A program made the translations under genes and the position numbers. DNA of 39,207 bases from Squatina squatina (taxonomy: Eukaryota): the NCBI GenBank assembly GCA_031763465.1, contig JARFOE010000001.1, forward strand, positions 8,444,906-8,484,112. Direction: 5' to 3'. Positions 11,037 to 22,910 of the stretch are shown here, piece after piece. The notes below the pieces were generated by a model that had not been told where the DNA came from, did no database searches, and was given only the letters and a program-made list of their open reading frames with translations. The first letter of the stretch is position 1. Each line of letters begins with the position of its first letter.

Positions 11037-11945
11037 CTGTACTTACCAAGTTTATCCCTTTCAACCTTTTTGAACAGGGTTGTAACATTTGAAATCCTCT
11101 AGTCCTCTGGAGCCACTTCAGTATCCAAGGAGGATTGAACAATTGTGGACAGAGCTTCTGCTATCTCCATCCTAGCTTCCCTCAGCAACCGAGGATGCAT
11201 CCCACATGGACTGAGTGACTTGCTAACTTTGAATGATGCTCAGCAGCTCCTTTCTATCTATTTTTATCCTATCCAATATCTTTACTCCCCTTCCTTTCCT
11301 GCGACATTAACTTCATCTTCTTTTGTGAAGACTGATGCAAAGTATTTATTCAGTACCTCAGTCATGTCCTCTGTCTCGACAAGAAGATTTCCTTATTTTA
11401 CCTAATCAGCCACACCATTTCTTTAACTATCCTTTTTACTTTCTTTATGTTTATAAAAGATTTTTGGGTTCCCTTTTATGTTACCTGCTAATCTTTTCTC
11501 ATACTCTCTCTTTGCCCTTCTTATATTTTTTAAATTTCCCCCTGCATTTTCTATATTCTGCCTGCTTTTCAATTGTATTCCGTATCTGACATGGTCATAA
11601 ACCTCCTTTTTTTGTTTAACTTTAACCTCCATTTCCTTTGTCGTCCAGGGAGCTCTAGTTTTGGATGCCCGATCTTTCCTCTTTGAGAATGTGCTTGGTT
11701 TGTACCCAAACGATCTCCACCTTGAAGACCTGCTCATTTACTGTTTTCTTGGCCAATCTTTTTTTTCCAGTCCACCTGTGCTAGATTCCTTCTCAAATCA
11801 CTGAAATTGGCTCCCATCCAGTTGGGTATTTTCACTATTAATTTTTCTTTGTTCATTTCTATAACTACTTTAAATATAATTATATTATGATCACTATTAT
11901 TCCAGATTTCTCCCACTGAAGCACACTCCACTTGTCCTACTTCAG
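11037..11945 (-). mobile_element. CR1 LINE ORF2 fragment (endonuclease C-terminus to RT start)
   Basis: Minus-strand pieces: VGEIWNNSDHNIIIFKV, NWMGANFSDLRRNLAQVDW, IRRAKREYEKRLAGNIKGNPKIFYK; frameshifted. Confidence 0.9.
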
Positions 11946-12399
11946 CATCAGCAATAGATGAAACTACTATTTTAATGCAACAACCATACATTTTAAATAA
12001 CATTTTTACGCATTTTTATAACATTTTCAAACAACATTTAGCATCTTTGAATCTATGATGTCTGTAGCCATCCATGTTTTCCTCAAATCAGCTCTTATAT
12101 TTTTGGGGTTATTTTACCCTTCAGACTCTGGATTATTTTGATTCTTGTATCATAGATCCCTCTCATGGGCAACTCACAGTTCCCTATACCCGCAAAAGTG
12201 TTTATCTTAACCTTGATATCTAAGTAATACACCTGGGATAACAAAACAACAAATCTCGTCTGTTAATTGCTTTTAGCTGCTAGACCTATCCTCTGTCTTC
12301 ACCAGATGTCGGCCATCTTTGATGAACAAATAAGAGCATCATAACTTTGGATGTTTTAAGTTAAAAACCATTAAGCAAGTTTATTTAACAGTCATATAA

Positions 12400-12562
12400 T
12401 AACAACAACAACATGTATTTCTATAGCGCCTTTAACGTAGTGAAATGTTCTAATGCACGTCACAGGAGTATTACGAGATAAAAAAAATTTGACACTGAGC
12501 CGCATCAGGAGAAATTAGGGTAAGTGACCAAAAGCTTGGTCAAAGAGGTCGGTTTTAAGCAG
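12400..12562 (-). mobile_element. L2 LINE 3' tail with (TTG)n terminal repeats
   Basis: AACAACAACAACATGTATTTCTATAGCGCCTTTAACG...GTGACCAAAAGCTTGGTCAAAGAGG is the reverse complement of the tail at 34770-34892. Confidence 0.9.
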
Positions 12563-12779
12563 NNNNNNNNNNNNNNNNNNNNNNNNNNNNNNNNNNNNNN
12601 NNNNNNNNNNNNNNNNNNNNNNNNNNNNNNNNNNNNNNNNNNNNNNNNNNNNNNNNNNNNNNCTCCTCTTCCTGATGAGGTAACCCCTCAGATAGAGCAG
12701 CAGTAGATGGTCCACTGCAAGAACAGCACCCATTGTGATAGTCACAGTACCTTTCAAAGTTCCCCCCAGCTTAAGGTAT

Positions 12780-13211
12780 AAAAGTTTTTCAGACCTTCCC
12801 CAGTAGGAAATGACCCGTTATGAAGCCTGAACCGGCAGGAACCGATGACACGCACCCCTTCCCCTGCTTGCCATTCTCGTAATGAGTCGGCGATTTAAAG
12901 CAGTAAACAAGATGGCATAGTGCCAGGGGAAGACTATGCAATGACAGCATTTTCTGTTGCTGTTTTCTCTTGGCCACCAGAGGCGTGAACAGAAGCAAAT
13001 TTTCTGTCGGGTCGCTGTGGAGGCGTTGCGCACAGTAATGACGTCACCATCACCTAGCGTCTCCCAGAATTTTTAACGCCTCCGCAAAACGGGAGCTGAA
13101 TTTTGCATGGGGTGTTAATCAAGTCATTAACGCCTAAAGAACTTTTTACGCCTCCATAACGCCTTTGCCTGGCGAGATAGAGGTGCAAAAATGGGACTGA
13201 ATTTCGGGCCC
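12780..13211 (-). mobile_element. GC/CpG-rich non-autonomous DNA transposon end (Harbinger-like)
   Basis: CpG-rich block ending GGGACTGAATTTCGGGCCCC (GGGGCCCGAAATT on - strand); repeated TAACGCC subterminal motifs. Confidence 0.6.
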
Positions 13212-13479
13212 CTGAGTTTACCTTGCATTTTCATATTTAACGTAAGTTACCTCACATTTTAGGTCAATATGCCCTACATGGATTGGCACCTCTGGCCATC
13301 TGGGATGGAAAATATTACCCTCACATTTTTGTGCCAACTTTTAAATTGTCCAAAGCCATTTCAGTTTCCTGACACATTAAATATTGCTTTTCTTTATATA
13401 TGATCATGTCTGTAAGGCCTGCCTGAAGCTACTTAGCAGCTGATGTTTCAGTTGGTTTGGTAAAGCTCTTGGGTTTTTC

Positions 13480-14200
13480 TTCAAGGCATTTGTTTTTTCT
13501 CCTGCTGATTTTAGAATGCAATCACATTTCTTTGAGCTTAACTCTGGGCTATTGACACTGATGTTCAAAAGCCATTACAGCAGGTCATTTTCCATCAGAC
13601 TTCTCGGTCTTGCTTTTAGCAGTTTGTTTCTGACTAAACCCCATTTGGGTTAAACTGAGACACAGGCCAGGCAATTGCTGTCTCTGCAAGGAAAGCGAGT
13701 AATGAGTAATCGTGACCAGAGGCATTCCTCAAATTAAACAATCTCTGGAGGAATGATTCAGCTTCAGATCATCTTTATTCATATCGCATGGAATTTTTCA
13801 AGCTACTGTATTTTTTTGGGGGGGGTTACCCCATTTAGTTTATAGTTCTTCTTATCCTCANNNNNNNNNNAAGAACATTTTGAAAAGACATTTATATCGT
13901 GCTTGCCAAAAGCCAGACATGTTACCAGTCAAAATCCCATTTCAGGAACATGTCAGAGGCATCAATCCCTCTAGCCTGTGTATGTCCGAGTGCTGTTTCT
14001 GCACTCACAAATCTTCGCCTATTGATGTCAGCCTGAATAAAGGTCAAAATTTTGTTTTCATCTATGTGCAATACATTTTCTATGATGGTTCACTTCAATT
14101 AAGAATATTGGTGTCCCTGGACATAAGACAATTCACAAAAGTAAGGCACAATCCTTCGGGAACCCTTGGGACCTCTGATAGGGGGGAACAAATTCAGTAT
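13480..14200 (-). pseudogene. Fossil hAT-superfamily transposase C-terminal (dimerization) region, ZNF862-like
   Basis: Minus-strand 13760->13500 reads ESFLQRLFNLRNASGHDYSLLAFLAETAIAWPVS /frameshift/ V*PKWGLVRNKLLKARPRSLMENDLL*WLLNISVNSPELSSKKCDCILKSA. This fits the remembered hAT pattern PxLxxLAExAxxxPVSNAWPERGxSxxKxxKTRLRSxxxNDxLxxLLxISxNGP. Extension to 14200 is tentative. Confidence 0.6.
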
Positions 14201-14589
14201 TTTGTTNNNNNNNNNNNNNNNNNNNNNNNNNNNNNNNNNNNNNNNNNNNNNNNNNNNNNNNNNNNNNNNNNNNNNNNNNNNNNNNNNNNNNNNNNNNNNN
14301 NNNNNNCCGTTGCTCACTCTACAACTTCCAATTTCTTCATAGTTGTTATTTAGATTACATTCAAAAGAACTTGTCCAGTTTCTGGTACAAGGCAGATATT
14401 ATACACTTACATGGGTAAGTTATCACAGAATTCAGATCTAAATGGCTCTTTATGAAAGTTCCACACCGGCACTGTATAAACTGGGATGCAGTGTGGGTCA
14501 AAGTGCAAAATCAATCAATTAGACAATTCTTTCCAGAATCTAAGAAAATCGTCCAAGGGAGTCCCAGTATGAAATGAATAGATTATACC

Positions 14590-14760
14590 AAGGAGAATCC
14601 CACTTATTGATTTGATCTAGCTAATGATTTAAACTCTAAAAATAGACACAAGGGCAGACCCAGAAGATGTGGATGAGGCTGCCAGTTCCTCCACACCTAT
14701 TCAGCACTGTTTTGTAGCATTCCAATTGTGGAATCACTTGGTTGTATAATATACTTGGTG
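14590..14760 (+). mobile_element. Possible L1/Tx1 ORF2 C-terminal zinc-knuckle remnant
   Basis: DLI*LM ... RPRRCG ... HLF/QHCFVAFQLW (needs frameshifts) resembles Tx1 DLAWL...CPRxxCG..ExVxHLxxxCxxAxxVW. Confidence 0.3.
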
Positions 14761-14949
14761 CAGAATTTTCATCTGCCCCTTTTTAATCTTGAGGGGATGG
14801 AGGGATTGTAATATAAAATAATGATTATGTAATTTGGGCACGTTCTCCGTGGAGGAGAAATGGTTGAGCAGTGATGTGATTGCTGATGCAGCGGCATTAT
14901 CAAGTCATTGTGCATATCTGTACTGAACAACAATTATCTTTGTTAAAAG

Positions 14950-15270
14950 GTTGGCCCTGACCCAAAGTCAGCGCTGGGTTAATCGTTCTCGACAAGGGCT
15001 AGGGCACGAGTTGAGGTATCAAAATTAGCCTCAGTGTGCTGGGACAGGGAGGGAAGAAATAAATCAGCTGGGACCCCTGCTCCCAATCAGCGGAACATGC
15101 TGTCGGGCGAGGACACAAGCAAGCTTGACTGTGATGCTGCCTATGGTTAAGTATCCTACTTACACACACTGCCTAAGCCGATATAGGAGGAAAGCCGACT
15201 GAGATAGCGCACAGGACAGCAGTTAGCACTTATGAAATTATAATCAGCATCTTGAGGGGAAGGGAGATGG
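14950..15270 (+). mobile_element. AmnSINE2-like ancient SINE, copy 1
   Basis: GCCTCAGTGTGCTGGGACAGGGAGGG...AATCAGCTGGGACCCCTGCTCC...GAGGACA...CTGTGATGC is collinear with copies at 34.9-35.1 kb and 35.87-36.07 kb and with the AmnSINE2 core as I recall it. Confidence 0.6.
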
Positions 15271-15361
15271 ATATTCTGGGGGAATGGCATTTGACAACAT
15301 AGATAAGTGGGACAAATGTTATACCCATCTACAACATAAATAGGTATTTAAATATAAGGCA

Positions 15362-16495
15362 TTTTTTTTATTCGTTCATGGAATATGGGCGTTGTTGGCA
15401 AGGCCAGCATTTATTGCCCACCCCTAACTGCCCTTGAGAAGGTGGTGGTGAGCTGTCTTCTTGAGCCTCTGCAGTCTGTGTAGTAAAGGTAATCCCACAG
15501 TGCTGTTAGGGAGGGAGTTCCAGGATTTTGACCCAGCGACAATGAAGGAACAGCGATATATTTCCAAGTCAGGATGGTGAGTGACTTGGAGGGGAACTTG
15601 CAATTGATGGTGTTCCCATGCATCTGTTGCCCTTGTCCTTCTGGGTGATAGAAGTCACGGATTTGGGAGGTTCTGTTGAAGAAGCCTTGGTGAGTTGCTG
15701 CAAAGCATCTTATAGATGGTACTCACTGCAGCCACAGCGTACCAGTGGTGGAGGGAGTGCATGTTTAAAGTGGTGGATGGGGTGCTGATCAAGCGGACTG
15801 CTTTGTCCTGGATGGTATTGAGCTTCTTGAGTGTTGTTGGAGCTTCCCTCATCCAGGCAAGTGGAGAGTATTCTATCACACTCCTGACTTGTATCTTGTA
15901 GGNNNNNNNNNNTGCCCAGCCTCTGACCAAAGTATTTATGTGGCTGTTCCAACTAAGTTTCTGGTCAATGGTACCTCCCAGGATGTTGATGGTGGGGCAT
16001 TTGATTATGGTAATGCCATTGAATGTCAAACAGAAGTGGTTAAACTCTCTCTTGTTGGAGCTGGTCATTGCTTGGCACTTGTCTGGCATAAATGTTACTT
16101 GCCACTTATCAGCCCAAGCCTGAATGTCATCCAAGCCTTTCTGCATGCGGGCACAGACTGCTTCATTATCTGAGGAATTGCGAATGGAGCTGAACACGGT
16201 GTAATCATCAACAAACATCCCCACTTCTGAACTTATGATGGAGGGAAGGTCATTGATGAAGCAGCTGAAGATGGTTGGCCCTAGGACACTACACTGAGGA
16301 ACTCCTACAGCGATGTCCTGGCGCTGTGATGATTGACCTCCAACCACCACAACCATCTTTTTTTGTGCTGGGTATGACTTCAGCCTGTGGAGAGTTTTCC
16401 CCCTGATTCCCATTGACTTCAATTTTACTTGGGCCCCTTGGTGTCATATTCGGTCAAATGCTGCCTTGATGTCAAGGGCAGTCACTCTCACCTCT
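15362..16495 (-). mobile_element. CR1/L2-group LINE (second family), 5'-truncated, RT C-terminus plus 3'UTR and A-tail
   Basis: ORF 15655-16422 contains GVPQCSVLGPTIFSCFINDLP, MFVDD (FADD-like) and WADKWQVTF; 3' end reads ...CATGAACGAATAAAAAAAA on the - strand. Confidence 0.92.
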
Positions 16496-17096
16496 TGGTA
16501 AACTTTATTTCTCATTCAGGTCAAATTTATGTACAGAAAGATACTTGACTCAAGAATACACAATCCATGCCTCAGAAAAAGTATTTGAGAAAATTAAATT
16601 TCAGTGCTCTTGAACAGTTAGAAGTCACTTGCTGCCCTTAAAAGCTACTCGTAACAAGTGGAGAAGTATTTGCGGCTTCTCTCTCAGCTAGAGACTGTTT
16701 GGTTCCCATGGTACCCACTTCCTAGTGTTCCCTGGGCCAATTTATAAAAATAGCAGTGCTTGGAGGTAGTTAACTGTGCATTGAGAATGCCTTCACGTGA
16801 GTCCTTCCTCTATACCACACTAAACATCCATCAGTCCTACAGCACAAGTGAGATTATTAAAAAGGTGATCTCAAAATTAAGGAAAATGCCTCTAAGTGCC
16901 GTCTAAAATAATTGAAAAAAAGATCTTTCCTAATTGGGGCATCAGGCAAATGAGTGTATCCTTTATTTGGAACAATGTCATTGTTTGTTGCCAATGCTAT
17001 AAATAATAGTGGAATGGTAACTTTCTTCCTCGCTATTGCCATTCCCTCTGTGCACGGTAGGAAAATGCTTAGTGCGCCGATTGAAGGGAACTCTAT

Positions 17097-17282
17097 GGAG
17101 GTAATTTTGACTTTGTGTGAAAGTGTAAAACGGGCAATATCAATTCAGTTGCCTGTTTAACATCTCTCTCGATTTTCAGTGCCTTTGAAGTCAGTGAAAA
17201 TGAAAATGGGGAGAGATGTATAACGGGCGGCTGATTCGCTATTGCCCGTTTTACACAATTGGCCAAAGTCAAAATTATCCCC
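17097..17282. mobile_element. ~186-bp foldback MITE
   Basis: GGAGGTAATTTTGACTTTG pairs with CAAAGTCAAAATTATCCCC; inner GTGTAAAACGGGCAATA pairs with TATTGCCCGTTTTACAC; ACATCTCTC pairs with GAGAGATGT. Confidence 0.9.
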
Positions 17283-18399
17283 TCTGATCATTACTCACTT
17301 ATTTGCATATTTAAATTTGTGTCTGTGATCCAGCAGTCCTGGGGGGAGCAATGCTCACAAGGAGCACATCATGGCAAATTGAGAGTGTGCATCCTGTGAC
17401 TCTCAATTCATTCATTTTCTCTTGACCTGTCTCTAGACATAAAGCGACTTTCCCTGCAGGACTGATTCTGCCATCTGGTGCTGGGAGCTCAGGATCTCAG
17501 AATCAACCATATGAAGAAAATTCACTTTATGTACAGAGACTCATCAAGAGACTTTACAGATTTTTACCCTAATTGTGTGTGTTGTAAGACTGCATAGATT
17601 TTCCCTACTTTATTCATTTCTATTCAATGAATCTCCCTTTGCTTGGAATGTTCTTGTTTACAGTTTAGTGGCATANNNNNNNNNNNNNNNNNNNNNNNNN
17701 NNNNNNNNNNNNNNNNNNNNNNNNNNNNNNNNNNNNNNNNNNNNNNNNNNNNNNNNNNNNNNNNNNNNNNNNNNNAAGAGTGAGGAAAGAAGAGACCAAA
17801 TCAGGAGAAAATTGAAGTTTCCATATGTTGTGGACAAGATAGGAAATAGATAATAAGAAATAAATGTAACAAGCTTTTAAATGGTTATTCATGGCCAGCC
17901 ACTTTGGTTTTAGCTTCTAGTTTTATGTGCTGATTGGGGAAGATGTAAACCAATTCAAATCACAATGGGTTATGCTTTCTAATTCTTGGGTAAAAAGGGT
18001 TAATGACTCCTATAAAAGAGCTATTAAATAATTAAACCACTGCTACATCAAAATATATATTTTAAGGAAACTAGCTACCATTCCAAAACATAGTTCAAAA
18101 TAAATTGTTCCTAAAGACAATGTTGGGACATAGTATTGCACTTTCATATTTAGAATGTTTTCATGAATGGCATTACTTATTTTGCAATGTACTCATGTGG
18201 ACTGCAGCTTTAGTGCCAATTAATTTATCAATATGTTTGCATAATTTCTATTTATGGCATGCTTATTACTGCCTTAATTTAATCATTATAGCAAGTTCAT
18301 AAAATCATAATTCACTTACATTCTAGCACTCAAATTGCCTTAGGTTGTTAATGAAATACAGGAGTTATACCAGCCTGGAAATTACTGAAGTTACTGAAA

Positions 18400-18660
18400 T
18401 TACTGTGATCGTAATTCAGTTATTTAGAGTAGTTATGGAAAAGGACAAAGAAAGACCAGGAGTAAAAGTTCTCAATTGTGGAAAAGCCAAGTTTATGAAG
18501 CTGAAATGTGATTTAACCAAAGTGGACTGGAAACAACTACTTGAAGGTAAATCAGTGTCAGAACAGTGGGAGGCATTCAAGGAGGAGATAGTGAGGGTTC
18601 AGAGCAAGTATGTTCCCTTTAAGATAAAGGGTGGGACCAGCAAATCCAGAGCTCCCTGGA
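18400..18660 (+). mobile_element. CR1 LINE ORF2 linker fragment
   Basis: FRVVMEKDKERPGVKVLNCGKAKFMKLKCDLTKVDWKQLLEGKSVSEQWEAFKEEIVRVQSKYVP...SRAPW is a typical CR1 post-endonuclease region. Confidence 0.9.
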
Positions 18661-20255
18661 NNNNNNNNNNNNNNNNNNNNNNNNNNNNNNNNNNNNNNNN
18701 NNNNNNNNNNNNNNNNNNNNNNNNNNNNNNNNNNNNNNNNNNNNNNNNNNNNNNNNNNNNGGTAAGGAGGGTACAGACGTTCCAAGTCTGCAGGCATACT
18801 TCTTGCAATTTGTTCTGCTAAACTCTCTGCACTTCCAGTATGACACCCAGCAAGATGCCCTTATAGTGAATTTAAAGTGATTTGCCAAATTTGTTAGTAC
18901 ATTCAATTATGTTTTTATCCCAAACATGAATTTGTTTTGATGGCTGGACCTGAATTTTAGCACTTCAGCTGAAAGAGTGAATTCTAACATTTCCTCGGGA
19001 TATGAGCATTAGGTATTAGCTTTTTAGAATGTCAGTGAAAATCTATTTTAATTCTCATTCAATGGGTGAGGAAAAAATCTTGTTTGCAGCCAAAAATGAT
19101 ATAACTAGACGAGTGTCAGTGCTGCATTTGCAACAGTCTTGAATCTTTCCACTTCAGCTTCAACTGCTTTTAAATACACAACACAATCTCTAATCAATAA
19201 TGAAGAAGAAAAGTAAAGATTGGAAAAACAGATGACCTTATTGCTGACATTTACCTGAAGGAACCTGAAACACTTTCCCATGTTTAAGTATTGACTCTAA
19301 TGCTGTAGAGCTCTGTGGGTAAATCTGCCAAATCTGAGTCAAGAGCCTGCAGTACAAAGAAATCTTTATCTAAGATTCACTCTATTAATTCTCTAACATT
19401 TCAGGGTATTCATTATATATGATTGATAATCTTAATGGGGCTGATTTCATGTCTAAACAACTATAGAAAAGATACAGTGCCCACTTTCCAGTTGAATATG
19501 TCACTGTCGACTTCATGTACCACACCATACTAAGAGGTAATGCCACAGAAATGGATGTATAAAACAAGTCTGAATTTGGACTTCATGGAGATAAGTCAAT
19601 CTTCAATAGACTTTGCGATGAATGACATCATTTCCACACTTGTAGAAGAAAAAAGTAGCATTTATTTGGGAAATAATGCAAGAATAAGGATAATGTATAA
19701 ATAACAAATAATCCTGTCTGTAAAAAAATACAAAATTATGTGCTTAAAATGTTATAAAGGAAAGACAAACACTAAATTTTATCATGAAAGAAACGCCATG
19801 TAGGCTCTCCTAAAAGCAGATAATGCAGTCCCAGCACCTGAGATGCATTGCATCAGGCACTAGCCATGTCTGGGTCCCAAGAGGCTGGCCTTGTTGCACA
19901 ACATGAGGTCAGCTCAGTAACATCTTTTGCTGGTGCTTCCAGCATGTTGCACTTGAAGCACTGGGTGTGAGCTGTAGTCGGAGGACAGTGTGGTATTTCC
20001 TGTGCCTGAAAATGATCGCTCATTTAAATAAAACTGGTGACTGCAATAAACTAGCACATTGTCAAAACATTTCAGAGATACATTGGTATTCTGTGTGCAT
20101 TGAGTGTATAAAAGACTCAGGCCTCCATGGCAATGTGTATCAGCACTTTGGGCATCTGTTCTTATATCATTGGCACCATATAGTATGCAGCTGTATGGAG
20201 GCGGATGATTATAAAAAGGATATAGAGGCACTGAGAAGGTACAAAACAGATTTTT

Positions 20256-20556
20256 TAAAATTAATTCCTGCGACATAGGCGCCACTGGCAAGGCCAGCAT
20301 TTATTGCCCATCCCTAATTGTCCTTAAGAAGGTGGTGGTGAGCCGCCTTCTTGAACCACTGCAATCACTGTGGTGAAAGTACTCCCACAGTGCTGTTAAG
20401 GAGGGGGTTCCAGGATTTTGACCCAGCAACGATGACGGAACAGTGATATATTTCCAAGTGTGTGACTTGGAGGGGAACGTGGAGGTGATGGTGTTCCCAT
20501 GTGCCTTCTGCTACTGTCCTTCTAGGTGGCAGAGGCCGTGGCTGTTGAAGAAACTT
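20256..20556 (-). mobile_element. Second-family LINE 3' end, copy 2
   Basis: GGCAAGGCCAGCATTTATTGCCCA...AAGGTGGTGGTGAGC...CCAGGATTTTGACCCAGC is near-identical to 15395-15540. Confidence 0.92.
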
Positions 20557-20657
20557 NNNNNNNNNNNNNNNNNNNNNNNNNNNNNNNNNNNNNNNNNNNN
20601 NNNNNNNNNNNNNNNNNNNNNNNNNNNNNNNNNNNNNNNNNNNNNNNNNNNNNNNNA

Positions 20658-21205
20658 TAGATACGATTATGCCTGAATCAATATTTGCAGTATGTGATTA
20701 TGCCGCTATCAATATTTGTTTCACGGGTGGAAGGTGATTCTAATCTGAATTGACCTGAAACTGATTGAAAAACACCTGTCATTTTTCCCTGCACCCTGGC
20801 ACACAGTAATCAATTCTGGTTAGAGCCTCTTTTCTGTCATGATCTTTGATCACAGCTTTTCAATTACTGTTATGAAATAATATGATGATGCATTATTTCA
20901 TTCATTGAACCACCAAAGATGGAAATTTATCAAAAAAAGGAAGATGCTCATTTTCAATTCTAATTTTAGAAAATATGACTGGGGTTGGGTTCTAGAATTG
21001 CACACAAGATTACATTTTTATATACAATATATTGGCAGAATGAGTGCATGATAACTCCTGTAAGAATCATAAAAATACATCTGTTCGTCAAATCAGTTTC
21101 AATTGATTTTCGTAGATGTGATTATGCCTGAATCAATATTTTAGTATGTGATTATGAGCACCATCAATATTTGTTTCGCAGTCGAAGCTAAACCTGATCT
21201 CAAAA
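20658..21205 (+). repeat. Diverged ~70-bp direct repeat pair (20658-20722 and 21113-21177)
   Basis: Both copies read GATTATGCCTGAATCAATATTT..AGTATGTGATTATG....ATCAATATTTGTTTC. Confidence 0.9.
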
Positions 21206-21395
21206 GTTTGATGCAAGTTAAATATCTGATGAATGTATGATAGCAGAATTTGTAACAGTTAGGTGTGTTGTAAATGGATGGAATTTTTTGCTGTAGACTT
21301 TCCTAACAAATTAATGTTTTTTATAATACAGATGACCTTAGGAAATAAAACTGTCCTGTTCACCATATAAGTAGACTTCTTCATGAGAGACAGTC

Positions 21396-22321
21396 AGGAT
21401 GAAATTGAATTAGGCCCGAAAACAGGCTCGGAGATCGTGATGCAAACTGCCTGCACCCAGTGAAAGTAGTGCAGGTAGGATGCAATTTTGTGCTGCCTGT
21501 TCATTATAATGATTGCAGCGCTGCTGATTGGCTCAGCCATCAACAGGGGGGCCAATATCGGATGCAGTTTGCCGTCCAATAAAAATTTGCCTGGGCTCTA
21601 TCCACTTCTTAAAGGGGAAGAACTTGGTTGCAGAAGCATCTCATTGTCACTGTAGCTACAACAATGTCACAACAGGGAAGAGAAAGATACAGCTCAAGTG
21701 CCAGATTCCCACAGGACGCATTTGCACGTGAGTTCTGCAGCACAGGACTCAGATGAGAACTTCGATAGGGTGACCTTCAGAAAAAGCCTGATGGGCATGC
21801 ACACAGAAATGCTTGGTGCAATGGCAGGCCTGCCAGAGGGCCTCTTGTCACTGTCAAAGATGATGGAGGAATCCGGCTCTTACATTACTAGGCATGGAGC
21901 TTGGAGCCCATGATTTCCAGTGTGGAAATGATAGGCAACGCAATTGGAGCCCTTGTGAACTCAACCATGATGCTGGGTATGATGGGCGATGTCACAGCTT
22001 CCATTGCAGAACAAGCGGAAGTGACCCAACATCTGAGTGCTGCCATGCAAGCTCAGACTGCTCTCATGCACATGAAAATATCAGTTAAATATCTGGGGGA
22101 TGGTCTTTGTTGCTGGCTAGTCATAAAATTTAGCTTATTCTCGGCCTGTTCTCGGCATCAAATAAGACATGTTGCATGCAGGTTTATATCTATTTCTGCT
22201 AAGTGTGGTGAAATGGGTGGTTATGAATCAATAGTTTGCCATTGTGCTAAAAATATAACGAGACCTACAGATACGTGCACTTGCTTCTGACAGGGTCAGA
22301 CCACCAGCAGATTTTCAGCCC
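21396..22321 (+). mobile_element. Internally deleted Harbinger-like element with coding remnant (probable accessory ORF C-terminus)
   Basis: Imperfect TIRs AGGATGAAATTG / GATTTTCAGCCC; internal frameshifted coding-like segment QDSDENFDRVTFRKSLMGMHTEMLGAMAGLPEGLLSLSKMMEES / EPMISSVEMIGNAI...SIAEQAEVTQHLSAAMQAQT. Confidence 0.5.
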
Positions 22322-22334
22322 ACTCACACACCCA

Positions 22335-22910
22335 CACTAAATTAGGAGGTACAATAAGTTGTGTGGCTGGGAGCAGGAAGTTACAAAGGGACATAGACAG
22401 ACTAAGTAAATGAGTGACACTATGGCCGATGGAGTTCAATGTGGGAAGTGTGAGGTCAACCACTTTGGATCTGAGATATTTCCTTAATGGTGAGAGATTA
22501 GGAGCTGTGGACAAAACATGGATTTAGGTGTCCAGGTACAAAAATTACTAAAAGTTAGTGCACAGATACAAAATGCAATTAAAAAGCCTACTGAAATAGT
22601 GGCTTTTATTACAAGGGGAATTGAATTCAAAAGTGAGGAAGTGGTGCTTTAGTTGTACAGAGCTTTGGTCAGACCACATCTGGAGTACTGTGTTCATTTT
22701 TGGGCCACCAAACCTCAGGAAAAGTGTATTGGAAGAGGTACAATGCAGATTTACCAGAATGATACGAGGGTTTAAAGGGTTAAATTATGAGGACTATACA
22801 AACTTGGTTTGCATTCCCTTGATGGTTGAGGGGTGATCTAATCAAGGCCGTTAAAACTGATAAAGGGATTCAATAGGGTACGTAGAGAAATGAATTCCTC
22901 TGGTGGGTGG
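22335..22910 (+). mobile_element. CR1 LINE ORF2 3' fragment
   Basis: LQRDIDRLSK...WPMEFNVGKCEV; LYRALVRPHLEYCVHFWA; LEEVQCRFTRMIRG. Confidence 0.9.

Noticed and set aside
13880-14353. 157-aa + strand ORF
   Set aside because: Spans a 100-N gap, has no motif, and is antisense to the probable hAT fossil.
15655-16422. 255-aa RT ORF as a functional or domesticated gene
   Set aside because: 5'-truncated LINE copy with altered motifs, a short deletion relative to the sister copy, and a gap; multi-copy in the window.
19060-19680. Purine-rich, faintly coding-like stretch (possible old transposase or recombinase)
   Set aside because: No motif I could identify with confidence; stops in all frames.
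20658-21205. CRISPR-like repeat-spacer array
   Set aside because: Only four degenerate subunits, irregular spacing, vertebrate context and no cas genes.
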